A DNA stretch of 64,000 nucleotides from Podarcis pityusensis (Eukaryota): the NCBI GenBank assembly GCA_964106645.2, contig OZ067043.1; one strand, given 5' to 3'. The notes beneath the pieces are model-generated. The model saw nothing but the letters and a program-made list of their open reading frames with translations, had not been told where the DNA came from and made no database searches. Positions within the stretch are counted from its first letter, which is position 1. Every line of letters starts with the position of its first letter. Shown one piece after another: positions 11,351 to 24,228 of the stretch. A program made the translations under genes and the position numbers.

Positions 11351-14149
11351 TTTCAAAAAGTAAAGCATATGCATAATATTCTCTTGCTGGACTGAAATGA
11401 AACTTAAAAGAGCTTAACTTTGATGCATCTTTAGCTTCTCCTCTCCTCCCAAACAACAAAAAAAACTATTGTGAGCAAAGTGGTACCTTAACCTTTTGCC
11501 TGTTGATTTATCACTAGGAGCTTGGTAAAATATGGGTATATTTTTGATCACATATTTTGAGTCCCGTATTCTGTTGCATCGTGCATATTTCCAAGCGCAT
11601 GCAAAGCAGGTGTATGTGCCACAAAGGCGGTAAAGTATAATGAAAAAGTGGAGGCCTGGAAGAATGCATAAATAACGCACATTCAGCAGTAATAATTGAA
11701 ATGGGGTGGACGAGTTATAGCAGCCCTGGGACATCAGTAAGTTACATGCCCTTGACTTTTTCAGGTTGTAGTTGGGATTGTTATCCCATGATTCATTGAT
11801 CATGAATAATAGCCAAGCCACATCAACTTCTCTGTCATATTCTTCTCTTACTCTGACAGGCTTCCACGTCTCATGAGGGATCCTGCAATCTCTGTTTCCT
11901 GTCCTTGCCCTCAACTTCATGAGGGTTTTGCAGGCTGGTTTAATTCTGTGTCTTGTTTTCTAATATCCTGTGGGATGAGGTTTCTTCCTTCTTGCAAAAT
12001 GCAGCTATGTTTTCCTTCCGATTACATCATCACCCACTGCCATTCTGAAACTCCAAACTCTGTTTTCTGTCTCTGCTAACTATCTCTTAGTTCAGGATGG
12101 GCTCCAGCCATTTGCTGGCTGGCATGTTATTTGCCTGTTAATGTTCTAGTTTAATGCCTCACCTCCCAGGCCATTACCAGGCTTTGTTCGCCTAAGGAAC
12201 CACACTCAGTGAGCTAACACCAGGCTGGCCTGGCTTGTATTTTTAACATAGGCTGAATCCAGGGATTGAGTGTTCGGCACAGTTTAACTCGCCAAACCTT
12301 GATTAATTCTAACTTTTATTGGACCCATAAATAGAGGGTGTCTTACACCCCACAAACCCATAACAGTATGGAGACTATGTCCTTATCCCAGATACATATA
12401 TTGGGGTTTCCACCTACTCTTGCAATATGGGATTTTATTGACCATGTGCATACGTAATCTGTCTTCAACCTTATAATTCCTATTGCATTTCTAGATTTTC
12501 TAGATTTATTTAAATATTGTAGCACTTGCTTGCCAGTGTGAGTTCTTAGAGGCATGCACAAGGCCTGGGAACATAGATAAGTGGTGTGCAACTGCTGCAG
12601 GCCTAGAGACGGTGCATGGACTAAGAACCTTGTTAGGCAAAGCTTCCACATGTGTAATGTGGACATTCCTTTGGTGGCTGCCATTTTGTTTCAGTTGACC
12701 CAAATCAGTCAGGCCCAAACATTTTTGTATTTATGATAACTATAGGTTTTGAGTGTTTGGTGTAATTTCCTTTCTTACCTATTAACGCGTTTATTATTTC
12801 TGTCCCTAACTGATCAGGGAACTTAGGATCCTCAAAAATGCTCGTAATTCACATTGTATGAACAACAGTGTCCACCTAATGGCGTCCCTTTGGCTGTGTA
12901 AAAGATTTGGCTTAATTTGACAAATCCACTAATACTATACTCATGCTTAAGGTATTAGCAATGTCTCTTGTTGAAATATGAGCCCCTGTGGTACCTGAGT
13001 GGGGCTGAGCTTATCGTATAACATTACTTTAAGTGGTTGGCTCCTACATATAATCAGTATGCAGAAATACACAGCAGTACACATGTTCTTTAATTTCAGA
13101 TCACCTGAACTACAAAGTTCATAAATAGCCAGAATAAGAAGTACATTTAAGCACTTAAGTATATAACTTAAATGGAAGGAAACTATGATATCTGTCATCC
13201 CATTCACTTTGTCTAGGCCTTGAGGCAGTCTTTGAGGCTCTGGTTCAACTAGATTCCTACAGACTCAATTAACTTTTAAAGGCTGTGAATGAACCATTGA
13301 AACCACTGGGGCTACTCATGTGCTTAAATTAAATCACCTGCTTAAGTGCTGAGCTGGATCAGAGCCAGAATAAACTGAGAAACTGAAACCAAGGGAACTA
13401 GACATATCACTGTTGCATAAATAGTATAAAAGTTCTAGAAACAGGACAAAAGCTAGAAGGGGGGAAAAGGAATGACTTGGGCTAAACTGTTGAGATGGCT
13501 TGCCCATTTGAAATTCATTAACTGAATCAGGGCATTCATCTGCTTCAGTGAAAACCTGAATCATATTAATTACCTTTGTGAACTTTGTTGCTTCAGATAC
13601 TCATTAAAAGCCCCAAATCCATAAATTTATTCAGTCAATTTAATCTCATGGAAATAATTGGCAGTCAATTGACTTAACCCCAACTGTGGGTTGACTTCAT
13701 GTATAGATTGTACAGAACTTCTTCATTGAGTTTATATGTATGAATCAGAGAGTGAAAGAATTATCTCAAATTATCAGTTTTCAAAAAGGTGTCCTCATCT
13801 GGGATCTTTAAACTTCAGATCCACAATCTTATTTGGGACAAGTCGCAGCTCAGTGTCTTGTTGAAGTCCATCCTCAAAAGTAACAACAGCATTGCCCAAT
13901 TTTGAAACTCCCCCTCCCCTTTCAACTCCTGTCTTGCAGCACCATGCTAGCCTGTTAAAGTATTGGTACACAGCTGCATGATAATGTACATTCAGTGCTG
14001 GATGCAGGCACATTTTTGGGGTGCTGTATATATATTGTCTCTGTGACACCCCTGACTCACACTCTTGCTTGTTCCAAAGCACATTCTGCAGGAACAGATT
14101 TAATCTGTTGTTATTGTGGGATTTCCTCCCCACAGAGGTGTGTCTGGCA

Positions 14150-15045
14150 TGTTCACTGGGAATTGATCAAGGTGTGGATTTGCCAAGTGTGCCTTCCTCT
14201 TAGCACGTTTCTCCCTTGCGTTCTGAGTTTGAGTGTCTTCAAAGTCCACACACAACACCTTTGGTAAAGGCTGTTCTCCAACTGGAGCACTCGCAGGCCA
14301 GTGTTTCCCAGTTGTTGGTGTTTATACTACATTTTTTAAGATTTGCCTTAAGACAGTCTTTAAATCTCTTTTGTTGACCACCAGCATTACGCTTTCTATT
14401 TTTAAGTTCAGAATAGAGTAGTTGCGTTGGAAGACAATAATCAGGTATCCACACAACATGACCAGTCCAACGAAGCTGACGTGGAAGAATCATTGTTTCA
14501 ACAATGGTGATCTTTGCTTCATCCAGTACACTGATATTAGTTCACCTGTCTTCCCAAGTGATGTGTAAGATTTTTCGGCGACACCGTTGATGGAATATTT
14601 CAAGAAGTTGGAGATGTCGTTTGTAAGTGGTCCATGTTTCACAAGCATACAGTAAGGTTGGTAGTACAATACCTTTGTAAAGAAGCATTTTGGTTTCCCT
14701 GTGAATGTCCCAATCCTCAAACACTCTGCACTTCAATCGGAAGAAAGCCGCTCTCGCAGAGCTAAGGCGATGTTGGATTTTGGCATCAGTGTTGACCCTT
14801 GTGGAAAGATAACTGCCTAGGTAGGAGAAGTGATCAACATTTTCCAACGTTCCACCATTGAGTTGGATTTGTGGCACTGCAAAGGGGTTATTTTGTACTT
14901 GTTGGTACAGCACTTTGGTTTTTTGGATGTTGAGTGACAGGCCAAGCTTTTCGTAAGCTTCTGTGAAGATATTTAGGATGGTTTGGAGGTCATCCTTTGA
15001 GCGTGCACACACTACGTTGTCATCAGCATACTGAAGCTCTATATG
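14150..15045 (-). mobile_element. RTE/Bov-B-clade LINE, 5'-truncated RT and C-terminal fragment with frameshifts
   Basis: ORF 14542-15102: ELQYADD..., LGLSLNIQKTKV, FSYLGS, VLPTLLYACETWT. Continues in ORF 14239-14493: QLRWTGHV, LLYSELKNRKRNAGGQQKRFKDCLK. Confidence 0.92.
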
Positions 15046-15389
15046 GTCCAGAAAACTCTGTTTCAACCACCCTGGCCTCTTCTTCATTTGCAGAAGCTGC
15101 ATGAGATGCAGGAAGAGGAATTGGCAGAATGATAATGGGAGAGACTCTTATGTAGAAGGTTTCCAAATACACCAGTGGATAATACCAATTGAATCTTTTG
15201 GCTTTTTTGTCCTGGGGGTTGGGTGGGGGAAGAGAAACCTAATAAAAGGCAGCTGCCATCATATATAACCCCAAAGCATTGCTCCAAGTGGCCAGTTTAA
15301 CTTTTCTGATTATGTCCCAAATGTTAAAGGACAAAAAACAACCTATGGCAGAGCGGTTGCTTTGTGTGCTGAAGGTTGGTCACTCCCCA

Positions 15390-15500
15390 GAATCTCCAAG
15401 TAGGGCTGGGAAAGTCTCCTGACTGAAAACCTACAGAGCCATTACCAGTCAGTGTAAACAACACTGAGGTAGATGAACCAAGTATTAGTATATGGTGGCA
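15390..15500 (+). mobile_element. Degraded SINE fragment (Squam3-like); relatives at ~33740-33890 (+) and ~21270-21420 (-)
   Basis: Shared core (gctgggaa...gagagctgctgccagtcag...gacaatactgag.tagatgaaccaa) recurs in the window. Confidence 0.45.
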
Positions 15501-15777
15501 TAGGGTAGACTGCATCTACCAGTGAAGGGCTGAGAGGTGTGATTCTTTAAACAACACTAAATAATTTCAGCAGGAAGAAGGTAGCAACAATCCATGGACT
15601 TAACTCATTTGAGCATCAGGCCATAAAACTCAAACTATGACATAAAAAAAATTATAATGTCCCTATGTTTCATACTACTTTATAGAAATAATATGAAACA
15701 AATGAACATCTGATGGGTTAAGGATGCCCTGTGAGTTACAGTGGTTAGATTAAGGCTATCACCTGCTAGACAGAGTA

Positions 15778-16110
15778 CCGTATTTTTCGTCCTATAGGGC
15801 GCACCGGCCCATAGGACGCACCTCGTTTTTTGGGGGGGGGGGGGGAAATGAATTTTAAAAAATTATTTCCTCCCCCCCCAGCTGCGGCTGCAGCCCCAAG
15901 CCTTGCGCACACCTGCCCGAAGCACGGGGAGCCCTCCAGAGGGCTCCCCGTGCTTCAGGCTGCAGGCTGCCGCCCCAAGCCTCGCACGCCCGGCGGTACC
16001 TCCCACCGGGCGCACAAGGCTTGCGGACACCCGCCCAAAGCACGGGGAGCCCTCCGGAGCCCTTCATTTTTGGAGGGGAAAAAGTGCGTCCCATGGGGCG
16101 AAAAATACGG
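15778..16110. mobile_element. Tc1/mariner (Tc2-like) MITE, 333 bp, TA TSD
   Basis: TA|CCGTATTTTTCG...CGAAAAATACGG|TA terminal inverted repeats. GC-rich interior with an internal palindrome. Confidence 0.88.
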
Positions 16111-16169
16111 TAACTAGAGGGAAGTCAGTTATGTCAGTGATCTGAGAAACAAGGAGTATTTACCCCAGC

Positions 16170-16281
16170 TTTGGCCAACCTGGAGCCCTCCAGGTGTTTT
16201 AGACTACAACTCCCATCAGTGCTGACTGGGACTGATAGGAGTTGTAGTCCCAAACTTCTGGAGGGCACCAGTTGGCCAAGG
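16170..16281. mobile_element. Short palindromic hAT-type MITE (GACTACAACTCCCATCA family)
   Basis: Near-palindromic. Same core as the copies at 32652, 44759 and 46072. Confidence 0.75.
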
Positions 16282-17896
16282 TCTCTGCACAATAATCAAG
16301 AACAGCTCTGAAGAAACTGTTCATCTCCATCAGACCAATAATGCACATTCCAGGGAAAAAAAATAACTCTGTAAATGTATATCTCTGTGATAGATAGTAA
16401 TTGCTCCAGCAGAGCCATTACAGCCTATTAGGTCAATATTCTGCATTGCTAAAGTGCTTTAATTAATACACATTTACATAAGATATCAGGAGTTTCTCTC
16501 TGAGCCATGACGCAGTCAGGCGGTGGGGGTGGGGGATGTGGAGCGCAGCACCTAGGCTTGCATTGCAATACACAGCACGTCTTGATGCTCAGTTATTTGT
16601 TTTAATTTATTAAAAGTGCCTGTCAGAGACTCAAGGCACCAATTACGTTCCTAACAGCATGACTATCTCCATATTCATCAACCGGTGTGTTCTCATGCTT
16701 CAGGAAATGAAGGGAATTATATGTTTATGGACTGTACGAGAGAGGATGATGTTCTTAAAGCTCTGCCAACTTGGCCTCCATTCACCAATTGCTTTCTCGC
16801 TTTCTGGTGTTCTTTTGGAGTCGTTAAAAAACTGTGTAGCTGTGAACTATATGGATGCCACTCCATTTATCTATAGGGATGTGAAGCTCCCCAGTTTCTC
16901 TATAGGACACTTGAGAGTGAAGGGGGGGTTCTTGTTTCTCTCCCCACAAAAAGTTGTGCTTCACAAGCTGAGTTCAGATGCGTGAATGGATGAAATCACA
17001 GCTGGTTGTGTTGCTTCCCAGCAGCCCCATAAGCTGCCTGTAACTATGAATATGCCTGCTCAGACGTCCATCCGTCCTTCCCAGAGCTGTGTCTGAACCA
17101 ACCCTGTAATGCCATGGAGAGCCAAACACGAAGTTCTATGCAATTTACAGAACCGTTGCAACCACCAGTTCTCAAAAGCAAAACCTGACAGAAGAAGTTG
17201 TGTTGTTTGAGACTGTCCATTGGCTGGTAGTGATCTCACAGTCAGGGAGAGGAGTGAGAAAATAAAGTGTCAGGAGAGTGATTTGTCAGTGAAATTCTCC
17301 CAGTATGTTACCCTGTGAAGAAGGAAGAGCTGATTTGGGCTTTGGGTCGGTTTAGTAAATCTAAAAATGTGTAACTCCACTTGTCTTTTATACTGAATCA
17401 TTTTAAATAAAGGCTTACTTCAGCGGTTATATTTTAGAGAAGAAGAGGTGTTTATCAGAAAATCCTATCTCCAGCCTTTTACTTTCCGTGGAAACAGACG
17501 GCTTGCCTTGCCTCTCTGTAGGATCGTGATTATGACAGAGTTATAAATCATCTGAAGAAACTTTTGCAATACAAATGGAGGTTTGGCATGCATGTGACAA
17601 GCTTCTTCAGCCAGCATATCTCATGCACATGTGGAAAATAAACAACTACAAGAGACTTAACGAGCGAGAAAAACGAGAGAAGGTTTGAAGCCTTAGCTCT
17701 TGAAGGTCGTGAGAATTTTATTTCAGCAATGTACTTCACCTCAAAGGCCTTATTTCACAGTGGAGTCACCATTATCTTTAGCACCTCTCCCCCCCACCCA
17801 ACAGAAAGAGAGCACTTATATCCCACACAGCTTAATAAAACTTGTCAAAATCAACACTTCACCCATGTCATAATACCTCTCAATAATACCTCTCAT

Positions 17897-18040
17897 CAGT
17901 GCGTTTTTTCCTTAAAAAATGTTTAGGGGCACTCTCATTTTCCTAATATTGAAATACTGCCCCGCAATGAGGCAAACTTAGATTCACAAAATGTTTAGGG
18001 GTATGCATACCCCTGCGTCCCCCCAAGAAAAAAAGCACTG
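17897..18040. mobile_element. hAT MITE, 144 bp, perfect 8-bp TSD
   Basis: CCTCTCAT|CAGTGCGTTTTTTC...GAAAAAAAGCACTG|CCTCTCAT. Confidence 0.88.
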
Positions 18041-20472
18041 CCTCTCATCTCTGAAAGTAAAACATCTGAAAGTAAGTACAATTGCAAAGGCCTGGTGGCA
18101 CAAACACACTTTCACCAGTGGAATGGACCCCAAATCACAGGTGAAGTGGGCTCACTCATAGCTGTGGGACAGGAAGCCTTGAGACTTGGCTGCATCACCT
18201 ACCTAAGACTTATATAGGCTTGGGTGGAAGGTGATTTGATCCTGCCTCTCTTGACAACTTGAACTGTGCAAAGTTCTAAACAGCAACTGGCCTGCCTTGC
18301 TGGAGGCCTTTGTGTACACCTCTGTCCCTATCTCTGATGTAACTCTTCAGGAGAATTTCTCTTTTGCCTCAGGCAGCAAAAGTGTCTTTGACTGACCCCG
18401 TCCCTTGACTCTTTTGGCTGCTAGGAGCAGGAGCGTATTTTAGGTGTCCTCTGTGCAAAAAGAGGCAAGCCGTGGAGCAGACGCTCATTGTATATGGTGA
18501 AAGGGTGCAGGGTTTTAGCAGCAGACAGTGTGAGGCCTGATTTGGGGTGTTATAAAAGACCAGCAAATGGGTAATTATTTGTTTTATGATTGCTTAATTC
18601 TCCAGCTAGGGGGATTTGCTTGTGAGATTTTCTCCCCCAGGCACCTCAATAACTCAACTGGCCTTTTGTGGGGAGAGCACTATTTGTTACTCTGCCTCAG
18701 ATGTATTGGGCTTATAGCCTGCCTAGAAGCCTCCTCTTCAGATCTCCCTTTAACACTTCAGCCTTTCTCCGTAACAACCATAATAATAGTGAACATCTGA
18801 ACATTCATTTACATCTCGCTGCCCCATTTTCCTGCTCCTACGTGTGTGTGGGAGCCTTTATGAAGCGATTACTTAGCTTTGTACACAATTAAACATATTG
18901 ATCCCACACATTTTCACTGATCCTTTATGAGCCTGTGCTGAATCAAATACTTCATTTCCCCATAAAATCACAACATTTTGTGTGTTTTTCTTCTGAAGAC
19001 CCTGTGGTTTGCATGTTAATTTGGGTATGCCCAAGGAGAAGGGGAGAAGGATCAATGGGCTTAAATTATTAAAATTATAAGCATCTGTTAATGATTCAGT
19101 CAGGTGTTGTAAAACTTACAGTACATCAATTTGCTTACTATATTAATTTTCGTCATGCACCTTGACAAGAGAAGGAAAGGTGTGACACACATCTCTCTTC
19201 TCCTTTACTCACAGTGAATGGAAGTGATTCAGAAATACATAGCCTCCCCCCACCCCATCCCGCTTTTTTAAGATTTATACTGAGTGGTGAGCAACTTAGA
19301 ATGCAGGTGAATGGCAGGTCTGCATTACAAATGCCTGAGGTAACTATAAAAATATAAATGGTATAAGGTTATTGATTTTTTTCCTTGAGGCCACAAATTA
19401 GAAATGGCATGCTGAAGGGGGGGCGGAATCACTGGTCTATTCACCAAATTTTAATTAAAACATAAATAAATCATTGTAGTCTCAGCACTTGCATATAAAC
19501 AATGGGAAAAGATGGCATGCTTACAACAACGTGTCAGTGTTTTGTGACTAACGAGTCACTGCAAAAATACAACATAAATGGGAACCAGACTCCCAAACTA
19601 AATAATATCATATGCAAAACATTTCGGCCTATTACAGCAGAAGTCACTGAAACCACACATTGGGATTTGGAAGAAGTTGGGAAGAGAAGGGATGATTTTG
19701 CAAAGTACAGCAGTACTTTAAAAAAAGTTAAACGCTCTTCTGACAAAAAATTGTGTGTGTGTTGTATATCTTCCATGGAGTAATGGGCTGCTATGTCCTT
19801 ATAGCAAACAATAACCATATGCTGTGTTGGGTACAAAGTGTTTGTTGCTTCATCAGTGCTTAAGAAGCTTGGAAAAGGAAGAGTCTTTGTTGTCATAAGC
19901 ACTCTGTAAAGGCTTTTAATCAAAGCTCAAGGGAACAAAATATTTAATATGGAAAAACAACAATAACAACAACAACGAGGAGGTTGCATTACAGTATCCT
20001 CAAAGGGCTTCCTTGCACTTTGGGAGCAGGAAAGGCTGCCCTGTGACTTCCACTGGGATCTAAGGAGATGTGGAAAGAGCAGTAATATACATTCCCACTT
20101 AAGAAAGGGAGATGTTGAAGAAGATAAAGGTAGCAGCATAGAGCTGGAGAAGGAGCAGAAAAGAGACACACCAAGCTGATCTGGGGGCTGGAACCAGATT
20201 AATGAAGGCTGCTTGAAGGCATCTTGAACATTACCATGACTGAGATGCAGCTGTGGAGAGATTCAAGAAAATCAAAAGCTGTGAAGGGTTCTAGAAGAAT
20301 CAAGAGGTTCACACTCGCCCTGTCCATCTCTCAGTGTAGATCGTTTGAGTGACCAAAGCAGTTTTAGTTTTAGCAGTTTTAAAGTGGATCAGAAGCCAGA
20401 CTGGTAAGAATCCAGATAACATGTTGCTAAAACACTACCATACAGTCCAACACTTTGCTCAGAAAGTAAGAT

Positions 20473-20496
20473 TAGATAGATAGATGATAGATAGAT

Positions 20497-20543
<47 letters not shown>

Positions 20544-20559
20544 GATAGATAGATAGATA
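20473..20559. repeat. (GATA)n tetranucleotide microsatellite with GAT interruptions
   Basis: Direct observation. Confidence 0.95.
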
Positions 20560-21439
20560 AAAACAAGCTATGCTATCTATCTATCTATCTCACTACTATC
20601 ACAGAAAAGCTATCCATAGCCATCAGCTCTGACCTTGTCTTCTTGACCCATCAATGTGCTTTCTAATTCTCTGGACAGGATATTTTGCAAAGTTAAGGGG
20701 AAACAGTGCTATAGAGTGCCAGCTGGCAGAGATCATTTACTGAGCCATTTTTGTACTCCTCCTAACTTCTTTAGTGCAGAAAAAGGGCCTGTGCTTACTC
20801 AAAGGCTACACACTAAGGTGAGACTGGCAGTTTTATGCTTTGTTTCTTTCATGCAAGGTTGTCTCAGCTGTTAAGTTATATCAAATGTATGGGAGGAAGG
20901 TCACAGGCCTGAGTGCCAAAGATTCATCAACAGGCCCCACTAAGCCCCATATCCCGGTTCAAATTCTTTTTAAAAATTCAAAAAGCCTTCTGTTTCCCAG
21001 TTGGAACACTCCTCTAGAAGTGCCTCTAAAATTAAGCTTTAAAATAGAAATTTTAAATCCAGTAGAGTATCCCATCCAATTTGGGTATGACCATGACTGC
21101 CTCTTTGTGTTCTTCACAGCTGGTTTATTATTATCGTGATAGGGATCGGTTTACACATATAAATTCATAATGTAAGATCAATGCTGCTGGTCCTCAGCAT
21201 CAATACCACTGAATAAAACGAGCTGTCCATAGTTCTGTCCCTGTCTTGATATTTTCTACACAGGAAGTTACCTTACACTATGTCAGACTACCTTGCTAAG
21301 TATTGTCTTCTCTGACTGCAGCACCTCTCCCTTTACCTGCTAAATGATTCCTTTTTTAACGGAAAGTGCTAGGGATTGAACTAAGACATTCTGTGCTCTG
21401 CCACTGAGATTTAGTCCATCCTTTACAAAATTTAAAGTG

Positions 21440-21920
21440 TGTTTACAACCAGTGGTAGCCCTTAGTGGCTGCTTTGCTTTGTAACTTTTGCTCATAGAGA
21501 AGCTGCTTCAGCCCCTTGATTATTTTGTTTGTCCTTCTTACGAACCTCTTCTAGCTCTACAATATCCCCTTTTGTGTGTTGTGTGTGGTGACCAGAACTA
21601 TACCCAGAATTCTAACTGTAGTTGTACCATGAGTTCACATAGACTTTTTGATATTGGCAGTCTTCAATTCCTGGTGATTGCCAAAATGGATTTTGTCTTT
21701 TTTCCTACTGGCCGCTTACCAGGATCTATGTTTTCATCAAGCTATTCACCACAACCCCAATATCTGTTCAGATAGCTCAGACCCCATCAACATGTTTTTG
21801 AAGTTGGGATTTTTTGTTCCAAAGTGCATCACTTTCCACTTGCTTCCATTGCCCATTTCAGTGCTCGCCCTTCAGTCTGGAAGGATGCATTTGAAGTTCT
21901 TCACTATCTGCTTTTGTTTT
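21440..21920 (-). mobile_element. Degraded CR1 LINE fragment
   Basis: - strand remnants of the CR1 ORF2 C-terminal region (LEFWV*FWSP..KRGY..LE..RRTNKIIKGLK). Confidence 0.6.
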
Positions 21921-21940
21921 GTTTTTATTACTCTACATAA

Positions 21941-22320
21941 AAAGGCAAAGGTAAAGGACCCCTGGATGGTTAGGTCCAGTCAAAGGCGACTATGGGGTTG
22001 GGGCTCTCATCTCACTTTCAGGCCGAGGGAGCCGGCGTTTGTCCACAGACAGTTTTCCAGGTCATGTGGCCAGCATGACTAAACCACTACTGGCGCACGG
22101 AGGACCGTGACAAGTGCCAGAGCGCATGGAAGTGCCGTTTACCTTCCTGCCACAGCGGTACCTATTTATCTACTTGCACTGGTATGCTTTTGAACTGCTA
22201 GGTGGGCAGGAGCTGGGACAGAGCAACAGGAGCTCACTCCGTCACGGAGATTCGAACTGCCGACCTTCCGATCGGCAAGCCCAAGAAGCTCAGTGGTTTA
22301 GACCACAGCTCCACCCGCAT
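21941..22320 (-). mobile_element. Sauria SINE (Squam1-type), near full length
   Basis: Reverse complement aligns throughout with the 5055-5438 copy, including B box and ACCTTT tail. Confidence 0.92.
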
Positions 22321-23786
22321 ACTTCTGTGAATATATTGTACAACTTCATTCATCCAAATGCCTTAGGTAGATTCAAACCATCAGAAATTTAACTTGTCTT
22401 GCTAATATTATGTAGGACTGGTATGAGTTGCAGAAAGGACATCCAGTAATTATGCTTTTTTTGCTTTTTCTTTTCTTTTCTTTTAAGATTTTGATTAATT
22501 AAAGGTACATTGAGCGTTCTTACAGGCCTTTTAACCTGGCAAGTTATGGACTGTCCAGCTATTTAGCATAATAAAATAAATAGGCCAATGGAGGGTCCTA
22601 TTGCTATCACAGCATAATCATGTGTATAAATATGGAGGGAAATGTGCTTATATGGCAACATTGCATTGAAATGACATGTGGTTGATGGCAATGTAGGTTA
22701 CATTGTATCGACAGAGGACATATTGATTAACTCAATCTATCTAAGTGGCAAGTACATCATCAGTGATTTGTCATTAATGTGGTATTTACAGTTATCCCTA
22801 GGGATTTACTTTATGAGAAATAGCATGTGGCAACAAAAGTAGAAATAAATTATGACCACAAAACATCTTCCTCTTCTGACTATAACACATATGCTAATTA
22901 TTGTGGTGATATATAGATATATAGACATAGACCAAACAAAAGTGGCAATAGGTTTGGAACACAGACATGCTCCTAAGTTGCTCCCAGCATTGAACTATTA
23001 TAATGTAATATGTGGAAGGGTTACTGTCTGTCTCATATTATGGCATGTTTAAAGCAGACTACTTCTGGACCCTTGGGGCAATGCTCAAATTATGAAGGAA
23101 ATCCACAAGCACAACCCAACCTCTCCAATTTTTGCAAAATTTTCCTCTGCCTCCCAAAGTATTTTTAAAACAGAGCTTTGGGGGCTGTCATGAAAAGGTG
23201 AGGAGACCAGCCCTGCTCCCTTTAGCTCAAGCATGGGAGTAGCTTTGTGTTCCGGGCCTTCTTCACACACATTTCAAGATAATTTTAGACATGAGAATTA
23301 ACTGGAGAACCTCCGCTGAAGGTTTGGAAAACTAAACTAAAAAAGATGCATTCTTTTAAAATTAACTTAAATATTCCATCTTTGAGGAAGACAAGAAATT
23401 TAAAAAAACCACATATATAATGTTGAAAATTATCTACAATGCAAAGAGCACATTTGTAAATCTCCACTAGTTTAATAAGGAATTAGTGCAAAGACACTTT
23501 AGAAAACTGCTCAGTTTTGGGCTCCCATAAGTTGCCAGCAGGGCAGAGTGCCACTGTTGGGAAGCAAAGCACAAAGAATGCTTTGCGACATGCCTGTGGA
23601 CACTTTTGCTTGGTCTTTTATGTGCTCCTGCTTGCCAGCAGCCCCATGTAAAACCAAATAAGGAGGAACTACTTTCAGGCTTGCTAACAGTTCTTCCAAA
23701 GGGGAGGTCTTTTTCCCCCTGCACTCTTCTGTCCCTTAGGAAGTTTTCAATAAATAAAGCATCCTCTGGCATTTGAAGAGTTAATT

Positions 23787-23804
23787 TGCTGCCATCTAGC
23801 GGCC
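23787..23804 (-). promoter_or_regulatory. Strong CTCF-like motif
   Basis: - strand GGCCGCTAGATGGCAGCA matches the CTCF core CC(A/G)(C/G)(C/T)AG(A/G)(G/T)GGC(A/G) and retains a CpG in otherwise CpG-poor DNA. Confidence 0.65.
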
Positions 23805-24228
23805 CTCTAGTAATTTTGCAAGCTGTCCTTCGAAGTGCCCTGGAGACAGAGAAGGATCTGTAAAAGGTGTGACATGCTTTGGCATCACCTGTGCTGATAC
23901 TATGGGCAGGAGGAGGAGGAGGAGCATGCTGTCCCTGCAAAATTATTTGCCCAAGGATTCATGATCACTTTGTTGCTTGTTGGAAGCAGGTTTCTCAAGC
24001 ACCTTTCAAGGAAAACCTGGCCTTGTTTCGTTTGGAGGGAAAGAAAAAACACCCCACAATTCGCTTATAGCTTCCTTGTGCAAGATAAATAATTAAAATA
24101 AAACAGACAGTATGGGATGGCATGCAAGGTCAGTCCAGCCTTGCAAGATAGTAAAGCGATCCACTTCAGAGGGCACCATGTTGAGGAAGGAAAGAATTGA
24201 TTCTGAATGGTGCAGAAAGGCTTTTCTT

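Noticed and set aside
17039-17537. Possible solo LTR (TGTAAC...ATGACA with internal AATAAA)
   Set aside because: Composition is LTR-like, but I found no matching TSD and could not fix the 5' boundary.
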